DNA of 64,000 nucleotides from Christensenella sp. UBA5893 (GTDB lineage Bacteria; Bacillota; Clostridia; Christensenellales; UBA1242): NCBI GenBank assembly GCA_002431905.1, contig DJER01000007.1, positions 15,019 to 79,018 of the forward strand, read 5' to 3'. Shown piece by piece: positions 26,271 to 37,200 of this stretch (position 1 is its first letter; each line of letters starts with the position of its first letter). The notes under the pieces were generated by a model. It saw only the letters and a program-made list of their open reading frames with translations, ran no database searches and was not told where the DNA came from. The position numbers and the translations under genes were made by a program.

Positions 26271-27422
26271 ATGGGAATATTTTCAGGATTAAAAATGATG
26301 TTTTCAAAAGATATTTGCCCAAAAGAGAATGACCTTTTGGACTTGGTTTTTCCATACAAAACAAAGGGACACCAAATTAACACACAAAGCAAAGTTACTG
26401 TTCCAGAAAATCATTGTTTTGTTTTGGGTAAAAACGGAAGAGTTTTGGATTGTTTTAATGAAGGAATTTATGAACTAACTCCTGCCAATTTGCCAAAATG
26501 TTGCAGTAAACTAAAAATCAATAGGCAAGGCAAAAATGGTGAATATAAAAAATCATTTAAAGCGGAAGCCTATTTTGTAAACAAAGGTGAATACTCATTC
26601 AACCTTGAAACTTACGATAAGGCAGAACTTGGCAATCGTGCAAGTGGAATATTTACTTGTGGGCTCTGTGCAAATGTAAAGTTTAAAGTCAATGACTGCT
26701 CAAAATTTATGGAAACGCTTTTGGATGAATATGACTATATAAAACAAGGCGAAGCCGAAAAAATTTTAAAATACCTTACAAGCGAAATGATAGTTAGTAT
26801 ACTTAACAAATATAACTTTGCGTTAAGCGAATTGATTTCACAAAATCCAATTATTGAGCAAAACTTGTTTACGGAACTTGGGCACAAATATTCAAAAATT
26901 GGTTTAGTACTGTTGAAACTAAATGATGTGAAATATATTTTGCCAAAAAAATATCAAAAAAAGTATGAAGAAAAATTGAACCTTGCAAAAGAGAAAGACG
27001 AAAGTAAACAAGAGAAGCAAAAAGGCGTTCAAGAAGAGAAAGATACTTATGTTCCTTTTGGTTCAATAAAATTTGAAGACGAAAATTATCAAATAAACCA
27101 AAAACAAAACAAAATTGATGAAAAAAATCAAAAAAATGATGTTTTTGAGGAAAAAACTCAAGAAAAAACTGATATTGTTGAGAATAATCAACAAATAAAC
27201 AAAGAAGATATTTCTCCAAATGTTGAAGTTGCCACAGATGATTCCAGCAATCAGCAAAGCGAAACAACAAACAATCAAAATGATTATGTTGATTTAGATT
27301 TGGATAAAATATATAAAGAAGATGAGCAAACTGCAAATGCAGGGATAAAGTGTTTGCATTGTGGCTATATCAATGAACCAAATGCAGTTTATTGTGAAAT
27401 TTGTGAAAATAAATTAAAATAG
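26271..27422 (+). CDS. SPFH-like N-terminal domain protein with C-terminal zinc ribbon
   Basis: MGIFSGLK opening as in YdjI-type SPFH proteins. Low-complexity E/K/N/Q linker. C-terminal CLHCGYINEPNAVYCEICENKL. Confidence 0.5.
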   Translation: MGIFSGLKMMFSKDICPKENDLLDLVFPYKTKGHQINTQSKVTVPENHCFVLGKNGRVLDCFNEGIYELTPANLPKCCSKLKINRQGKNGEYKKSFKAEAYFVNKGEYSFNLETYDKAELGNRASGIFTCGLCANVKFKVNDCSKFMETLLDEYDYIKQGEAEKILKYLTSEMIVSILNKYNFALSELISQNPIIEQNLFTELGHKYSKIGLVLLKLNDVKYILPKKYQKKYEEKLNLAKEKDESKQEKQKGVQEEKDTYVPFGSIKFEDENYQINQKQNKIDEKNQKNDVFEEKTQEKTDIVENNQQINKEDISPNVEVATDDSSNQQSETTNNQNDYVDLDLDKIYKEDEQTANAGIKCLHCGYINEPNAVYCEICENKLK

Positions 27423-27431
27423 GAGATAAAA

Positions 27432-27641
27432 ATGGAGATAATAACAAAAGATTGGACACTTGGCGATGTAATTGAAGAAAATGATGATTTGGCTGATGTT
27501 TTAATGGGTTTTGGGATGCATTGTTTTTCTTGCCCATTAAGTCAAATGGAAACATTGGAAGAAGCGTGCCAAGTGCATGGAGTTGACCTTGATTTTGTGC
27601 TTGAAAAATTGAATGAAACAAACAATGAACTAAAAGGTTAA
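27432..27641 (+). CDS. DUF1858-type redox-disulfide domain protein
   Basis: FGMHCFSCPLSQMETLEEACQVHGVDLDFVLEKLN matches the hybrid-cluster-associated CxxC domain pattern. Confidence 0.7.
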   Translation: MEIITKDWTLGDVIEENDDLADVLMGFGMHCFSCPLSQMETLEEACQVHGVDLDFVLEKLNETNNELKG

Positions 27642-27642
27642 T

Positions 27643-27795
27643 TTATTTGTCTTGGATAATTATGTTAAGATTGCTCACAACTGCTTGAAAGAAATTTTTT
27701 GAAGTTATGAGCTCTTTTTTATTTGCACCTTTTGATAATTCAATAACAAACAAATTTGCAAGAATAATAATTTGTTCACTTGTTAAATTGTTCAT
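27643..27795 (-). CDS. Small hypothetical protein (50 aa), below the ORF-track cutoff
   Basis: Own translation: MNNLTSEQIIILANLFVIELSKGANKKELITSKNFFQAVVSNLNIIIQDK. It fills an otherwise empty 230-nt gap. Confidence 0.35.
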   Translation of the reverse strand: MNNLTSEQIIILANLFVIELSKGANKKELITSKNFFQAVVSNLNIIIQDK

Positions 27796-27874
27796 ATCTA
27801 TTTTTATGATTATTTTTTATGATTTGTCAGTTCGCCCACTTGCATAAACAAAAGTTGTGTGCTAAAATAAGAGT

Positions 27875-28471
27875 ATGGAAAATATGATTGAACAAAACAA
27901 GCAAATGTTTATAAATTTGGTCAAAGAAAATGTCCATAGAGAGGGTGTTGATGGCCTACTTGAATGGTTGGGCAAAACAAATTTCTTTCATGATCCCGCA
28001 TCAACAAAGTTTCATTCAGATTATGAAGGTGGGCTTTGCCAACATAGCCTAAATGTTTATGCAAGACTAATTAAGTTGTTGCAAAACGAATATGGCGATT
28101 CTTGGCAAGAAAAATGCAGTATGGAAAGTGCCGTTCTTATTGGACTATTTCATGATATTTGCAAAGTTGATACCTATGCTGTTTCTATGAGAAACGTAAA
28201 AGAAAATGGTGTTTGGGTTCAAAAACCATACTATGTAAGTCAAGACAATTTACCATTTGGACATGGAGAAAAATCTGTGTATATACTAAATAGTTTTGTA
28301 AAACTTACAAGAGAAGAAGCGATGTGCATAAATTGGCATATGGGCGAGTATGATTTGAGAGCAAAAGCCGGGCAAAACTTGTCCAATATTTACTACAAAT
28401 ATCCTTTGGCATTTTTGACACACATTGCTGACAATATGGCAACATATTTGGATGAAGAAGTAATAGAATAA
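27875..28471 (+). CDS. HD-domain phosphohydrolase
   Basis: HSLNV...LIGLFHDICK is an H...HD metal motif. Confidence 0.7.
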   Translation: MENMIEQNKQMFINLVKENVHREGVDGLLEWLGKTNFFHDPASTKFHSDYEGGLCQHSLNVYARLIKLLQNEYGDSWQEKCSMESAVLIGLFHDICKVDTYAVSMRNVKENGVWVQKPYYVSQDNLPFGHGEKSVYILNSFVKLTREEAMCINWHMGEYDLRAKAGQNLSNIYYKYPLAFLTHIADNMATYLDEEVIE

Positions 28472-28483
28472 AGGAGAAAAATT

Positions 28484-28756
28484 ATGGAATTTAGTCATTT
28501 ACCAATATTTCCACTTGAATATGGAAAAAATGGAGAAAGTTATGTTATTGAAAGATTAACAATGGAAGATGCAAAAGTAAAAGCCCATATGCATGATATA
28601 GGTTTTGTTGCTGGGGCAGTTATTCATGTTGAATCAATGAACAAAAATGGAATGATTGTAAAGATTAACGAATCAAAACTTGCACTTGACAGAGATATTT
28701 GCAATAACATTTATGTAAAAGAATACATCAAAGAAGATGAACTTTTTGAAAGATAA
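28484..28756 (+). CDS. FeoA-domain protein
   Basis: 90 aa. SH3-like FeoA pattern ...IGFVAGAVIHVESMNKNGMIVKINESKLALDRDICNNIYV. Confidence 0.7.
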   Translation: MEFSHLPIFPLEYGKNGESYVIERLTMEDAKVKAHMHDIGFVAGAVIHVESMNKNGMIVKINESKLALDRDICNNIYVKEYIKEDELFER

Positions 28757-28785
28757 AAGATATAAAAAATAGCCACAAATCGTGG

Positions 28786-29703
28786 TTATTTTTTTAGTCT
28801 TAAATCACTATTTTCAACATAAAAGCAAAGCGAAGTGCGTTTGTTTACAAGTCTTGAGAATATTCTTTCGCCATACCTTTGCTCAATATTTTCCAAATCA
28901 AGATTTGTTGATATAATTGTTTTTTTATTATGTTCTAGTCTATCGGCAATAATATTATAAATTCCTTCAACTGTCACATTTTTAAGTATTGGTTCAGTGC
29001 CAAGGTCGTCAATAAACAAATAATCTGGTTCAAGCAAAGTGTTTAAACTGTCATATTTTGTGTTGTCAAAGGTTGTATGGTATTTTAGTAGGTTTTGATT
29101 TACATTAAATGCTGATGCAAAATAAACAATATTTTCTTTTTGTATAAGCTCATTTGCCATACATTCCATTAAGTATGTTTTTCCAACGCCTGTTTGCCCA
29201 CATAAAACAATAATTTGGTATTTTGAATCTTCATTGCACCATTTTTTCATAGTTCTATATAAAATTTTCATTTTTTCGCTATTATCAAATATTTTTAGGT
29301 CGGCATCATCAAATGACATAAGTTTGTGGTTAAAGCCACTTTCTTCTGACAAAACGTTGTTTATTTCATGCTTTAAGCAAACACACATTTTGCCATTAAC
29401 AAATCCAGTGTCATCACATTTTGTGCAGGTGTAGTGGGGAATAAGAGAAAGTGGATTTATGTTGTGTGATAAAAGAATTTTCTCTTGCTCATTTTCTAAT
29501 TTTTTTGTATCAATCTTTTTATCGTTGCCATATGCTTCGTTTTTTGCATTTTCAAACTCAATTTCTTTAAGTTTTGTGTAATTTTGCTTAAAATCTTCAA
29601 AAGACATCGCTTTTTTTAGATTTGCATATGCAAAGTTTTCAGATTGCTTATGTCTTTGTTCTATTATTGATAATGCTTTTTTTAGTATGCTTTTATTTAT
29701 CAT
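28786..29703 (-). CDS. dnaI: Helicase loader, DnaC/DnaI-type AAA+ ATPase
   Basis: N-terminal Cys cluster CTKCDDTGFVNGKMCVC. Walker A CGQTGVGKTYL, Walker B LFIDDLGTE. Immediately downstream of the DnaD-domain gene, as in Bacillota dnaB-dnaI operons. Confidence 0.75.
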   Translation of the reverse strand: MINKSILKKALSIIEQRHKQSENFAYANLKKAMSFEDFKQNYTKLKEIEFENAKNEAYGNDKKIDTKKLENEQEKILLSHNINPLSLIPHYTCTKCDDTGFVNGKMCVCLKHEINNVLSEESGFNHKLMSFDDADLKIFDNSEKMKILYRTMKKWCNEDSKYQIIVLCGQTGVGKTYLMECMANELIQKENIVYFASAFNVNQNLLKYHTTFDNTKYDSLNTLLEPDYLFIDDLGTEPILKNVTVEGIYNIIADRLEHNKKTIISTNLDLENIEQRYGERIFSRLVNKRTSLCFYVENSDLRLKK

Positions 29704-29711
29704 TTTTGCTC

Positions 29712-31169
29712 CTAAATATCAATTTCTTCCAAACTTGTAAACAAAGATGAAATTTCTTCTTTTGTGTATGCTCTCTCTTTGTAATCTTTTTGTGTTGGCT
29801 TTGCCACTTGTTTTGATGTGTCTGGCATATCGCCACATTTTTTGGCATCTTCTATATTTGTGATATTTTTTGTATGCCATGTTGATAAAATTTTGTTCAT
29901 ATATTTCATTGGTTGTGGCTTGCCATTTGCATAGGTTGTTGCAAAATAAATAAGTTCGGTTGACATTTGCCAGTTGTTTTTCCAATTATCATAACATTCT
30001 CTATCAAAATTATTAACATTTCTTGATTGACCAAGTTTTTCAATAATTTGTTTAATTTCATCGTCTTGCATGATTATTTGGTTCAAATATTCATTCAAAC
30101 TTCCAACACTAACAATTCCAAGCTTATAAAACTTTTGGATTTGAATGTTCATATATTCAAGCGTTCTTATGCTTGACTTAAAACAATAATTACTTATCGT
30201 TTCTAAAGTTTCATCATCATAGCCAAGATTTTTCCAATTTACGATGTATGTATCCACAACTGGTTCAACATTTTCATAATATAACCCAAGATTTTTGCAA
30301 ATTGTTTTTGCAAGCCCAAATAATTGTTGTTTTTGTTTTTCATATTCGTCAATCTCAAGGGAAGTAAATAGTTTCATTGAATAATATTTTTCAAGTAATA
30401 CATCCAAATACGCAAAATTTACTGATTTTTTAAGTTTTTTCTGTTGTTTTATTACAAAAATTATTGTTCCAGTGTCAAATCCCATATTTTGCCATTTTGA
30501 ATATAAATCTCTTTCTGTTGGGTCAAGTTTTCTTTTTATTTGCATTGCCTTTAATATTAGTGCAAGTTCTTCATTGGTCTTTTCATAATCAATAAGTTTT
30601 TCGTTAATCTTTTCGGCGGTGGTATATCCTTCCTTTGCCCAATTTTTTGCAACAGTTAGTATGTATGGATATCCAACATTTCCGCCTTTAAGGTCAGTGC
30701 AGTATTTTATTATCATAAGCATTGCAGTTTGTTCAATATGCAAACTTTCCATTGTAACATAATACTCATAATACTCATTTGGCATAATCATTCTTTCAGT
30801 TATAATTTCTTGTGCTTGAAGATTGAATGACAAATATTTATCTTCTTTTAGTTTTGAAAGTTTTATGCTTGCATTTTTTACTGGTAAATATTTAACCTGT
30901 TTTGGAATTGTGTCCAAAATTTGAACCAGCCCTTGTTCTTGCCAATATAAAAATGCACTTTCAACATCTTGCTCGGAAAGATTAAGTGCCTTTGAAAATT
31001 CTTCCAAAGTGTTTCTTGATTCCAATGAATCATTGCAAAGAAGAAGTCCATATAAATAGACCTTAACACATTCACCACTTGCATAGGGCATATATGATGA
31101 AATAAATAGATTATCAATTGCTGTTTTATTTTCAACAACAAGTTGTGTTGAATAACTACAAAATGCCAT
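29712..31169 (-). CDS. DnaD-domain replication initiation / membrane attachment protein (B. subtilis DnaB-like)
   Basis: Start moved to MAFCSYSTQLVVENKTAIDNLFISSYMPYASGECVKVYLYGL behind an AAGGAAA RBS. The 62-codon N-terminal extension in the track overlaps the divergent gene at 31272. Confidence 0.7.
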   Translation of the reverse strand: MAFCSYSTQLVVENKTAIDNLFISSYMPYASGECVKVYLYGLLLCNDSLESRNTLEEFSKALNLSEQDVESAFLYWQEQGLVQILDTIPKQVKYLPVKNASIKLSKLKEDKYLSFNLQAQEIITERMIMPNEYYEYYVTMESLHIEQTAMLMIIKYCTDLKGGNVGYPYILTVAKNWAKEGYTTAEKINEKLIDYEKTNEELALILKAMQIKRKLDPTERDLYSKWQNMGFDTGTIIFVIKQQKKLKKSVNFAYLDVLLEKYYSMKLFTSLEIDEYEKQKQQLFGLAKTICKNLGLYYENVEPVVDTYIVNWKNLGYDDETLETISNYCFKSSIRTLEYMNIQIQKFYKLGIVSVGSLNEYLNQIIMQDDEIKQIIEKLGQSRNVNNFDRECYDNWKNNWQMSTELIYFATTYANGKPQPMKYMNKILSTWHTKNITNIEDAKKCGDMPDTSKQVAKPTQKDYKERAYTKEEISSLFTSLEEIDI

Positions 31170-31271
31170 AACTTTTCCTTTTGCAAAAATTGTATCACAA
31201 AGCAAAAGTTTTTTCAACCAATAAACATAAATATTAAAAGTACAGAATAGTAATAAAAGTAGGGAGCTGTT

Positions 31272-32750
31272 ATGAAAAAATTTCTTTGCTGTGCATTTGT
31301 TTTGTGTTGTAGTTTTTTGCTTTTTGCTTGTGCTGGAAACTTTGGCTATAAGCAAAATTTAACAAGTTATAACCTGGAGTTGGAGTATAATGATAATGAA
31401 AAAACTCTTTTTGGGAGCGAAAGCGTAACATATGTAAATTCATCTAAAAATGTTTTAAAAAATGTTAAATTCCATTTATATCCAAACGCATTTAGAGAAA
31501 ATGCAAAGGCAAAGGTTGTGTCAAAATCAAATGAAACAAAAGCCTATCCAAATGGTAAAAGTTATGGAAGTATAGATATTGACAATGTTAAAGTTGAAAA
31601 CAAGACTTCCAATTTTGAAATTTGTGGCGAAGACAAAAATATATTGAATGTAACGTTTGACAACGATTTGTATCCAAATGATAAAATTCAAATAAGTTTG
31701 AATTTTTATGTCAAATTGCCAAACATAAATCATAGATTTGGATATGGCGATAATGCAGTTAATATTTGCAACTTTTATCCTATTGTATGTGTTTACGATA
31801 ATGATGATTTTGTAACAAAGTTATACAACTCAAATGGCGACCCATTTTATAGTGAAGTTGCAAACTATAATGTTAGCATAAAATATCCGAGTGAATATAC
31901 AATTGCAACAAGTGGCGAAAAAATAAATGAGAAAAGTGAAGATGAAAAAAATATAATTTCTGTTCAAGCAAAATGTGTGAGAGATTTTGCAATTGTCCTT
32001 TCAAATAAGTTTGAGACAAAGCATTCAAGTTATAATAACAAAGTAAATATAAATTATTACTACTATTCAGACAAAACCGCAGACAAAACTATGGAGCTAA
32101 TTAAAGAAGTGTTAAAGTTCTTTGAAGAAAAAGTAGGCGAATATCCATATTCACAAATAAGTGTGGTTGAAACAAATTTCGTCCACGGTGGAATGGAATA
32201 TCCAAACCTTGTGTTAATTTCGGATGCACTAGACAGTTATGATACCTATCAAATGGTCGTTATTCATGAACTTTTACACCAATGGTGGTATGGAGTGGTT
32301 GGCAATAATGAATTTAACGAAGGGTGGATTGATGAAGGACTTACTGAATTTTGCACAATATATTTTTATGACAAACACCCAGAGTTTAACAAAACTATGG
32401 ACAATATGGTAAAAGCTTCAACAAATTCATACACAACTTTTATGAAAGCATATAAAGATGTTTTGGGAAGTGTTGATACAAGTATGAATAGGCCACTTGA
32501 TGCGTTTAAAACCGAACCTGAATATGTCTATAACACATATGTGAAAGGTATGCTTATGTTTGCAAGTATATATAATGTTGTTGGCGAAAAAAAGTTTGTT
32601 AATGCACTAAAATATTATTACAATTCAAATGTATATGAAATTGTAAATGAGCAAATTGTAATAAATTGTTTTTCAAAGGGAACTGGGCGTGACCTTGAAA
32701 ATTTGTTTAGGTCGTGGCTTGACGGCAAAGTTGTTATTGTGGGCATATAA
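31272..32750 (+). CDS. M1-family zinc metallopeptidase, lipoprotein
   Basis: Lipobox LLFAC at the N-terminus. HELLHQWWYG...EGWIDEGLTEF is the HEXXH-18-E motif. Confidence 0.8.
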   Translation: MKKFLCCAFVLCCSFLLFACAGNFGYKQNLTSYNLELEYNDNEKTLFGSESVTYVNSSKNVLKNVKFHLYPNAFRENAKAKVVSKSNETKAYPNGKSYGSIDIDNVKVENKTSNFEICGEDKNILNVTFDNDLYPNDKIQISLNFYVKLPNINHRFGYGDNAVNICNFYPIVCVYDNDDFVTKLYNSNGDPFYSEVANYNVSIKYPSEYTIATSGEKINEKSEDEKNIISVQAKCVRDFAIVLSNKFETKHSSYNNKVNINYYYYSDKTADKTMELIKEVLKFFEEKVGEYPYSQISVVETNFVHGGMEYPNLVLISDALDSYDTYQMVVIHELLHQWWYGVVGNNEFNEGWIDEGLTEFCTIYFYDKHPEFNKTMDNMVKASTNSYTTFMKAYKDVLGSVDTSMNRPLDAFKTEPEYVYNTYVKGMLMFASIYNVVGEKKFVNALKYYYNSNVYEIVNEQIVINCFSKGTGRDLENLFRSWLDGKVVIVGI

Positions 32751-32860
32751 AAGTAATCATAAATTTTTATTGGCAAATCGGGGAAATAACCTTAATTTGC
32801 CTTTTTTGTAAAATGACTGTATGTTTGTATAAAAAATTCATCTTGCAAACTCAAATATTG

Positions 32861-32889
32861 TTGACAAAAGTGGGCTTTAAAATTAAACT
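32861..32889 (+). promoter_or_regulatory. Promoter TTGACA-17 nt-TAAACT ending 6 nt before the ATG (predicts a leaderless mRNA)
   Basis: TTGACA at 32861-32866, TAAACT at 32884-32889, ATG at 32896. No Shine-Dalgarno sequence. Confidence 0.45.
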
Positions 32890-32895
32890 ATAAAT

Positions 32896-33702
32896 ATGGA
32901 AACTTTATTTGATAATGAAATGATTGTAAAAAATGAACCAAGCACTTCGGCTGAAATAAAAGATAGTGATGTTTCGGTTATTATTTTGCTAAACAAAAAC
33001 TTTAATTTTAGCGTGTCAAGAACTCCATACGATATGGTGTTATATGGCAAAAAAATGTGGGAATGGGTTGCACTTGCATGTCCAAACACAAACATCAAAA
33101 CAACTGTTTGTACAGAAGAAAGCGAAATTTTGACGCTAATAAAACCATATCTTGGAAACCAAAAATGGACACTTGTTTTGTATAGTGACACACCACTTAT
33201 AAGCGGTGCAACAATTGAAGATGTTTTAACCTATGTAAAAGCAAAAGATGTTAATGTTCTAAATTTGCCAAAGGGCTATGTTTTTAACACTGAATATATA
33301 AAAAACACAGAAAGTTTGATTAGCACAAACATAACCAATTTTGGCTCAAAGTATGATTTTTTTGAAGTAAACTCAAACGAAACATTATATGAGGCAAAAC
33401 ATATTTTAAAAAATAGAATACTTGACTATCACATTCAAAATGGTGTTAATATTGAAGACAAGCAAAGCACTTTTATTGATGCAGAGGTTGTTATTGAAAG
33501 TGGTGCAAAGATTGAGCATAACTCAACATTATTCGGTCAAACTTATATTGGAAAAAACTGTACAATTGAACCAAACAGTGTAATAAAGGATAGTGTTGTT
33601 TCGGATAATTGTGTTGTAAAATGCTCATATATTGAACAAAGTAGAATAAGTGAAAATATGATTGTTGGACCATTTGAAAAAATTATCAATAAATCAAATT
33701 AG
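32896..33702 (+). CDS. GlmU-like protein, short and with a degenerate nucleotidyltransferase motif
   Basis: C-terminal left-handed beta-helix hexapeptide repeats (IESGAKIEHNSTLFGQTYIGKNCTIEPNSVIKDSVV...). The N-terminal VIILLNKNFNFSVSRTP replaces the LAAGxGTRM motif. Sits in the glmU position upstream of pth-mfd. Confidence 0.5.
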   Translation: METLFDNEMIVKNEPSTSAEIKDSDVSVIILLNKNFNFSVSRTPYDMVLYGKKMWEWVALACPNTNIKTTVCTEESEILTLIKPYLGNQKWTLVLYSDTPLISGATIEDVLTYVKAKDVNVLNLPKGYVFNTEYIKNTESLISTNITNFGSKYDFFEVNSNETLYEAKHILKNRILDYHIQNGVNIEDKQSTFIDAEVVIESGAKIEHNSTLFGQTYIGKNCTIEPNSVIKDSVVSDNCVVKCSYIEQSRISENMIVGPFEKIINKSN

Positions 33703-33710
33703 GAGAAAAA

Positions 33711-34235
33711 ATGAAACTGGTTGTGGGACTTGGGAACCCGGGGAAAGAATATGAAAAAACATATCATAATGTTGGTTTTATGACAGTTGAAAAATTAAGC
33801 GATGAATATGGTATAGATTTTGTTAAAAATGAGTGCAAAGCAAAAACTTGTAGTTTTTACACAAATAATGAAAAGATTATTTTGGCACAGCCACAGACAT
33901 ATATGAATTTGTCGGGCGAAAGTATTTTGGAACTAAAAAATAAATACAAATTAAACAACAGTGATATATATGTTTTTTGCGATGATATAGACTTGCCATT
34001 AGGGAAGGTACGACTTCGCCATGAAGGTAGTGGTGGAACACATAATGGGTTAAGAAATATAGTCGCACTTATTGGACAAGATTTTAATAGGATAAAAGTT
34101 GGAATTGGCAGAGATCCAAAATTTAAAGATTTGGCAGATTTTGTTTTGTCAAAAATCCCACAAAAAAATCTTGACATCTTGGAAAATAGTATGCAAGATG
34201 CTGTGGATATTGTAAAAAAAGAAATAGGTGCATAG
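33711..34235 (+). CDS. pth: Peptidyl-tRNA hydrolase
   Basis: MKLVVGLGNPGKEYEKTYHNVGF... and GGTHNGLRN. Confidence 0.95.
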   Translation: MKLVVGLGNPGKEYEKTYHNVGFMTVEKLSDEYGIDFVKNECKAKTCSFYTNNEKIILAQPQTYMNLSGESILELKNKYKLNNSDIYVFCDDIDLPLGKVRLRHEGSGGTHNGLRNIVALIGQDFNRIKVGIGRDPKFKDLADFVLSKIPQKNLDILENSMQDAVDIVKKEIGA

Positions 34236-37200
34236 TTGGAAATAGATTTAATTTTACAAAAGTCAAAAACATTAAACAGGGTAAGCGAATGTGTAAACAA
34301 AGACATTCGCTTGTCTTTATCTTGCTTGCAAATTGGCGAGAAGGCATTGACGCTGTATTATCTTAACAAACGTTGCATAGTTGTTTGTAACGATGTTTTG
34401 TCATTAAATATGTTAAAAACCGAACTTATAAGTTTGGGTAAAAAAGTTGGCGAACTTGATGCCGGATATCCAATGCCCGTTTTTGCATACAAACAAGAAA
34501 ATTTGTCTATGTGTGAATTTTTGGGGGCAGTGTATGACTATCACTTTGGCAAAATAGATATATTGTTGGTGCTTACAGATGCACTTTTTCAAAGATTGCC
34601 AAATATAGAATTTTTCAATAATTATATAAGTCTAAAAACAAATGGTCAATATAACTTTGCAGAACTTGAAAACACATTTACAAACCTTGGTTATTCAAGA
34701 AGTGAAAAAGTTACAAAACGTGGTGAGTTTTCAATTCGTGGGGATATTGTTGATATTTTTCCAACAAATAACAGTGACCCAATAAGATTAGATTTCTTTG
34801 GCGATACTCTTGAAAAAATATATTCATTTGATATTGATTTAATAGAGAAAAAAGAAGTATATGAAGATACAAATATTTATCCTGCAACAATATATTTGTT
34901 TGATAAAAATAAAGAAAAAATATTAGAAGAATTAAATAATGATATAAAACAAAAAATAAATGATAATTATTTAAGATATAGTGAAATTAAATCGCATTAT
35001 GAAAATGTATTTGAAAATAATTTTATAGACATAAGCGACAGTTTTATATTGCCTTATTTTGGTTTTAAAGACAATGTAATCTCTTTATTTAAAAGCGATT
35101 TAGTGGTTTTTGATGAGCCAAAAAAAATATTTGATAATTTATATAAAATAAACGAAAATAATATAATTTCAATAAATAATTCAATAGAAAATAATGAATT
35201 ATTAAATGCTCATAAAAAATATTTTTATGAAATAGAAAACAATTTTAATGTTCAAAATTATTTATTATTTGATAATTTTAATAACACATATTTTTCGTAT
35301 GATGAAAATATAAATTTTAGAAATATTGGCTCAAGAAAATATTTGTTTGACTATAAAGCCCTAATAAAAGATATTTCGGTTTATTGTGCGTCAAGTTATT
35401 CTTGTGTTTTGTTTTGTGGAAGTAAGTCGAGTGTTGACAGTATAGGGAAATATTTGATAACAAACAACCTAACTTATCAAACAAAATTTAATCCTAATAT
35501 AAGTAAATCTCAAATTGTCCTTTTGCAAGATGAATTACCATTTTCCGCAAGCTTTTTGGAAGCAGGGTTAGTTCTTATTGGAACATTAGATTTGGTAAAA
35601 AAGACAAGACAAGAGTTGACAACAAAAAAGGCAAGCAAAAGGAATACTTTTTATTTGCCAAAGGTTGGAGATTATGTTGTCCATGAAGTACATGGAATAG
35701 GCAAATGTGTCGGTCTTGAAAATCTTAACCTTAATGGCAGTTACAAAGATTACTTTGTTGTTCAATATAAAAACGGCGATTTGTTGTATGTGCCAAGCGA
35801 ACAAACAAACACTCTTTCTGCATTCTTGGGTAGTGACAAAACACCAGTTTTAAACAAATTAGGTGGGCAAGAATTTGAAAGGGCAAAAGAAAAAGTTAAA
35901 CAAGCAGTAAAAAAACTTGCCATAAATTTGGTTGAACTGTACAAGCAAAGAGAAACCGAAAAGGGTATAAAATATGAAAGTGATAGTCTGATGGATTTAT
36001 TTGAAAATTCTTTCGAATATGACTTGACCCCAGACCAACAAAATGCAGTAAATGATATAAAAAGTGATTTATACTCTGGCAAACTTATGGATAGACTTAT
36101 TTGTGGCGATGTTGGCTATGGGAAAACCGAAGTTGCATTAAGGGCGGCATACCAAGTTGTGCTTGGTGGAAAGCAAGTTGCATTTTTGTGCCCAACAACA
36201 ATTCTTAGCGAACAGCATTTCAAAACAGCAACAAAACGTCTAAAAGATTTTGTTTGTAATGTAAAGGTTCTTAATCGTTTTAAGACAAAAGCTGAACAAG
36301 AAGAAATTATAAAAGGCGTCAAATCTGGCGATGTTGATATTTTGATTGGCACTCATAGACTACTTTCTAATGATGTTGTATTCAAAGATTTGGGGCTTTT
36401 GGTATTGGATGAAGAACATCGTTTTGGTGTTGCAGACAAAGAAAAAATAAAAGCATTAAAAAAAGATGTTGATGTTTTAACATTATCTGCAACTCCAATT
36501 CCGAGAACACTAAATATGGCACTCACTGGAATAAGAGATATTTCTGTTATTGAAACACCACCCAAAAATAGAATTGCAGTACAAACATATGTCACAGAAG
36601 AGAGCGAGTCACTTATTTGTGATGCCATAAAAAGAGAAATGGCAAGAAATGGGCAAGTGCTTATTGTCTATAACAAAGTTGACTCAATATATGATTTTTC
36701 AAAAAGAATTTCAAACCTTGTTCCAAATGCCAGAATTGGTGTGGCACATGGTCAAATGCATGAAAAAATTTTGGAAGATACAATTTTTAAACTCTATAAC
36801 GGCGAGTATGATATATTGATTGCAACGACATTAATTGAAAATGGTATAGACTTACCAATGGCAAACACATTGATTGTGATTGATGCAGATAGGTTGGGGC
36901 TAAGTCAACTTTATCAACTAAAAGGCAGAATTGGCAGAAGTGATAGAATGGCATATGCCTATTTCACTTTTAACCCAAACAAAATTTTGTCGGTAGATGC
37001 CTACAAGCGCCTTGACGCTATTATGGAATTTACCGAACTTGGCAGTGGATTCAAAATTGCAATGCGTGATTTGGAAATTCGTGGTGCAGGTAATGTTTTG
37101 GGGAAAGAACAGCATGGGCACATGGAAAAGGTTGGTTATGAACTTTATTGCAAACTTTTGGATGAAGCAGTAAGCGAACTTAAAGGCAAAAAAGAAAAGG

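Noticed and set aside
26869-27336. 155-aa and 71-aa minus-strand ORFs inside the SPFH/zinc-ribbon gene
   Set aside because: They lie in the low-complexity E/K/N/Q-coding region of the plus-strand gene, and such repeats open spurious antisense frames.
31170-31355. N-terminal 62-codon extension of the DnaD-domain ORF (track start 31355)
   Set aside because: The extension overlaps the divergent M1-peptidase gene start and has no RBS. The conserved DnaD-type N-terminus begins at MAFCSY (31169), which is behind an RBS.
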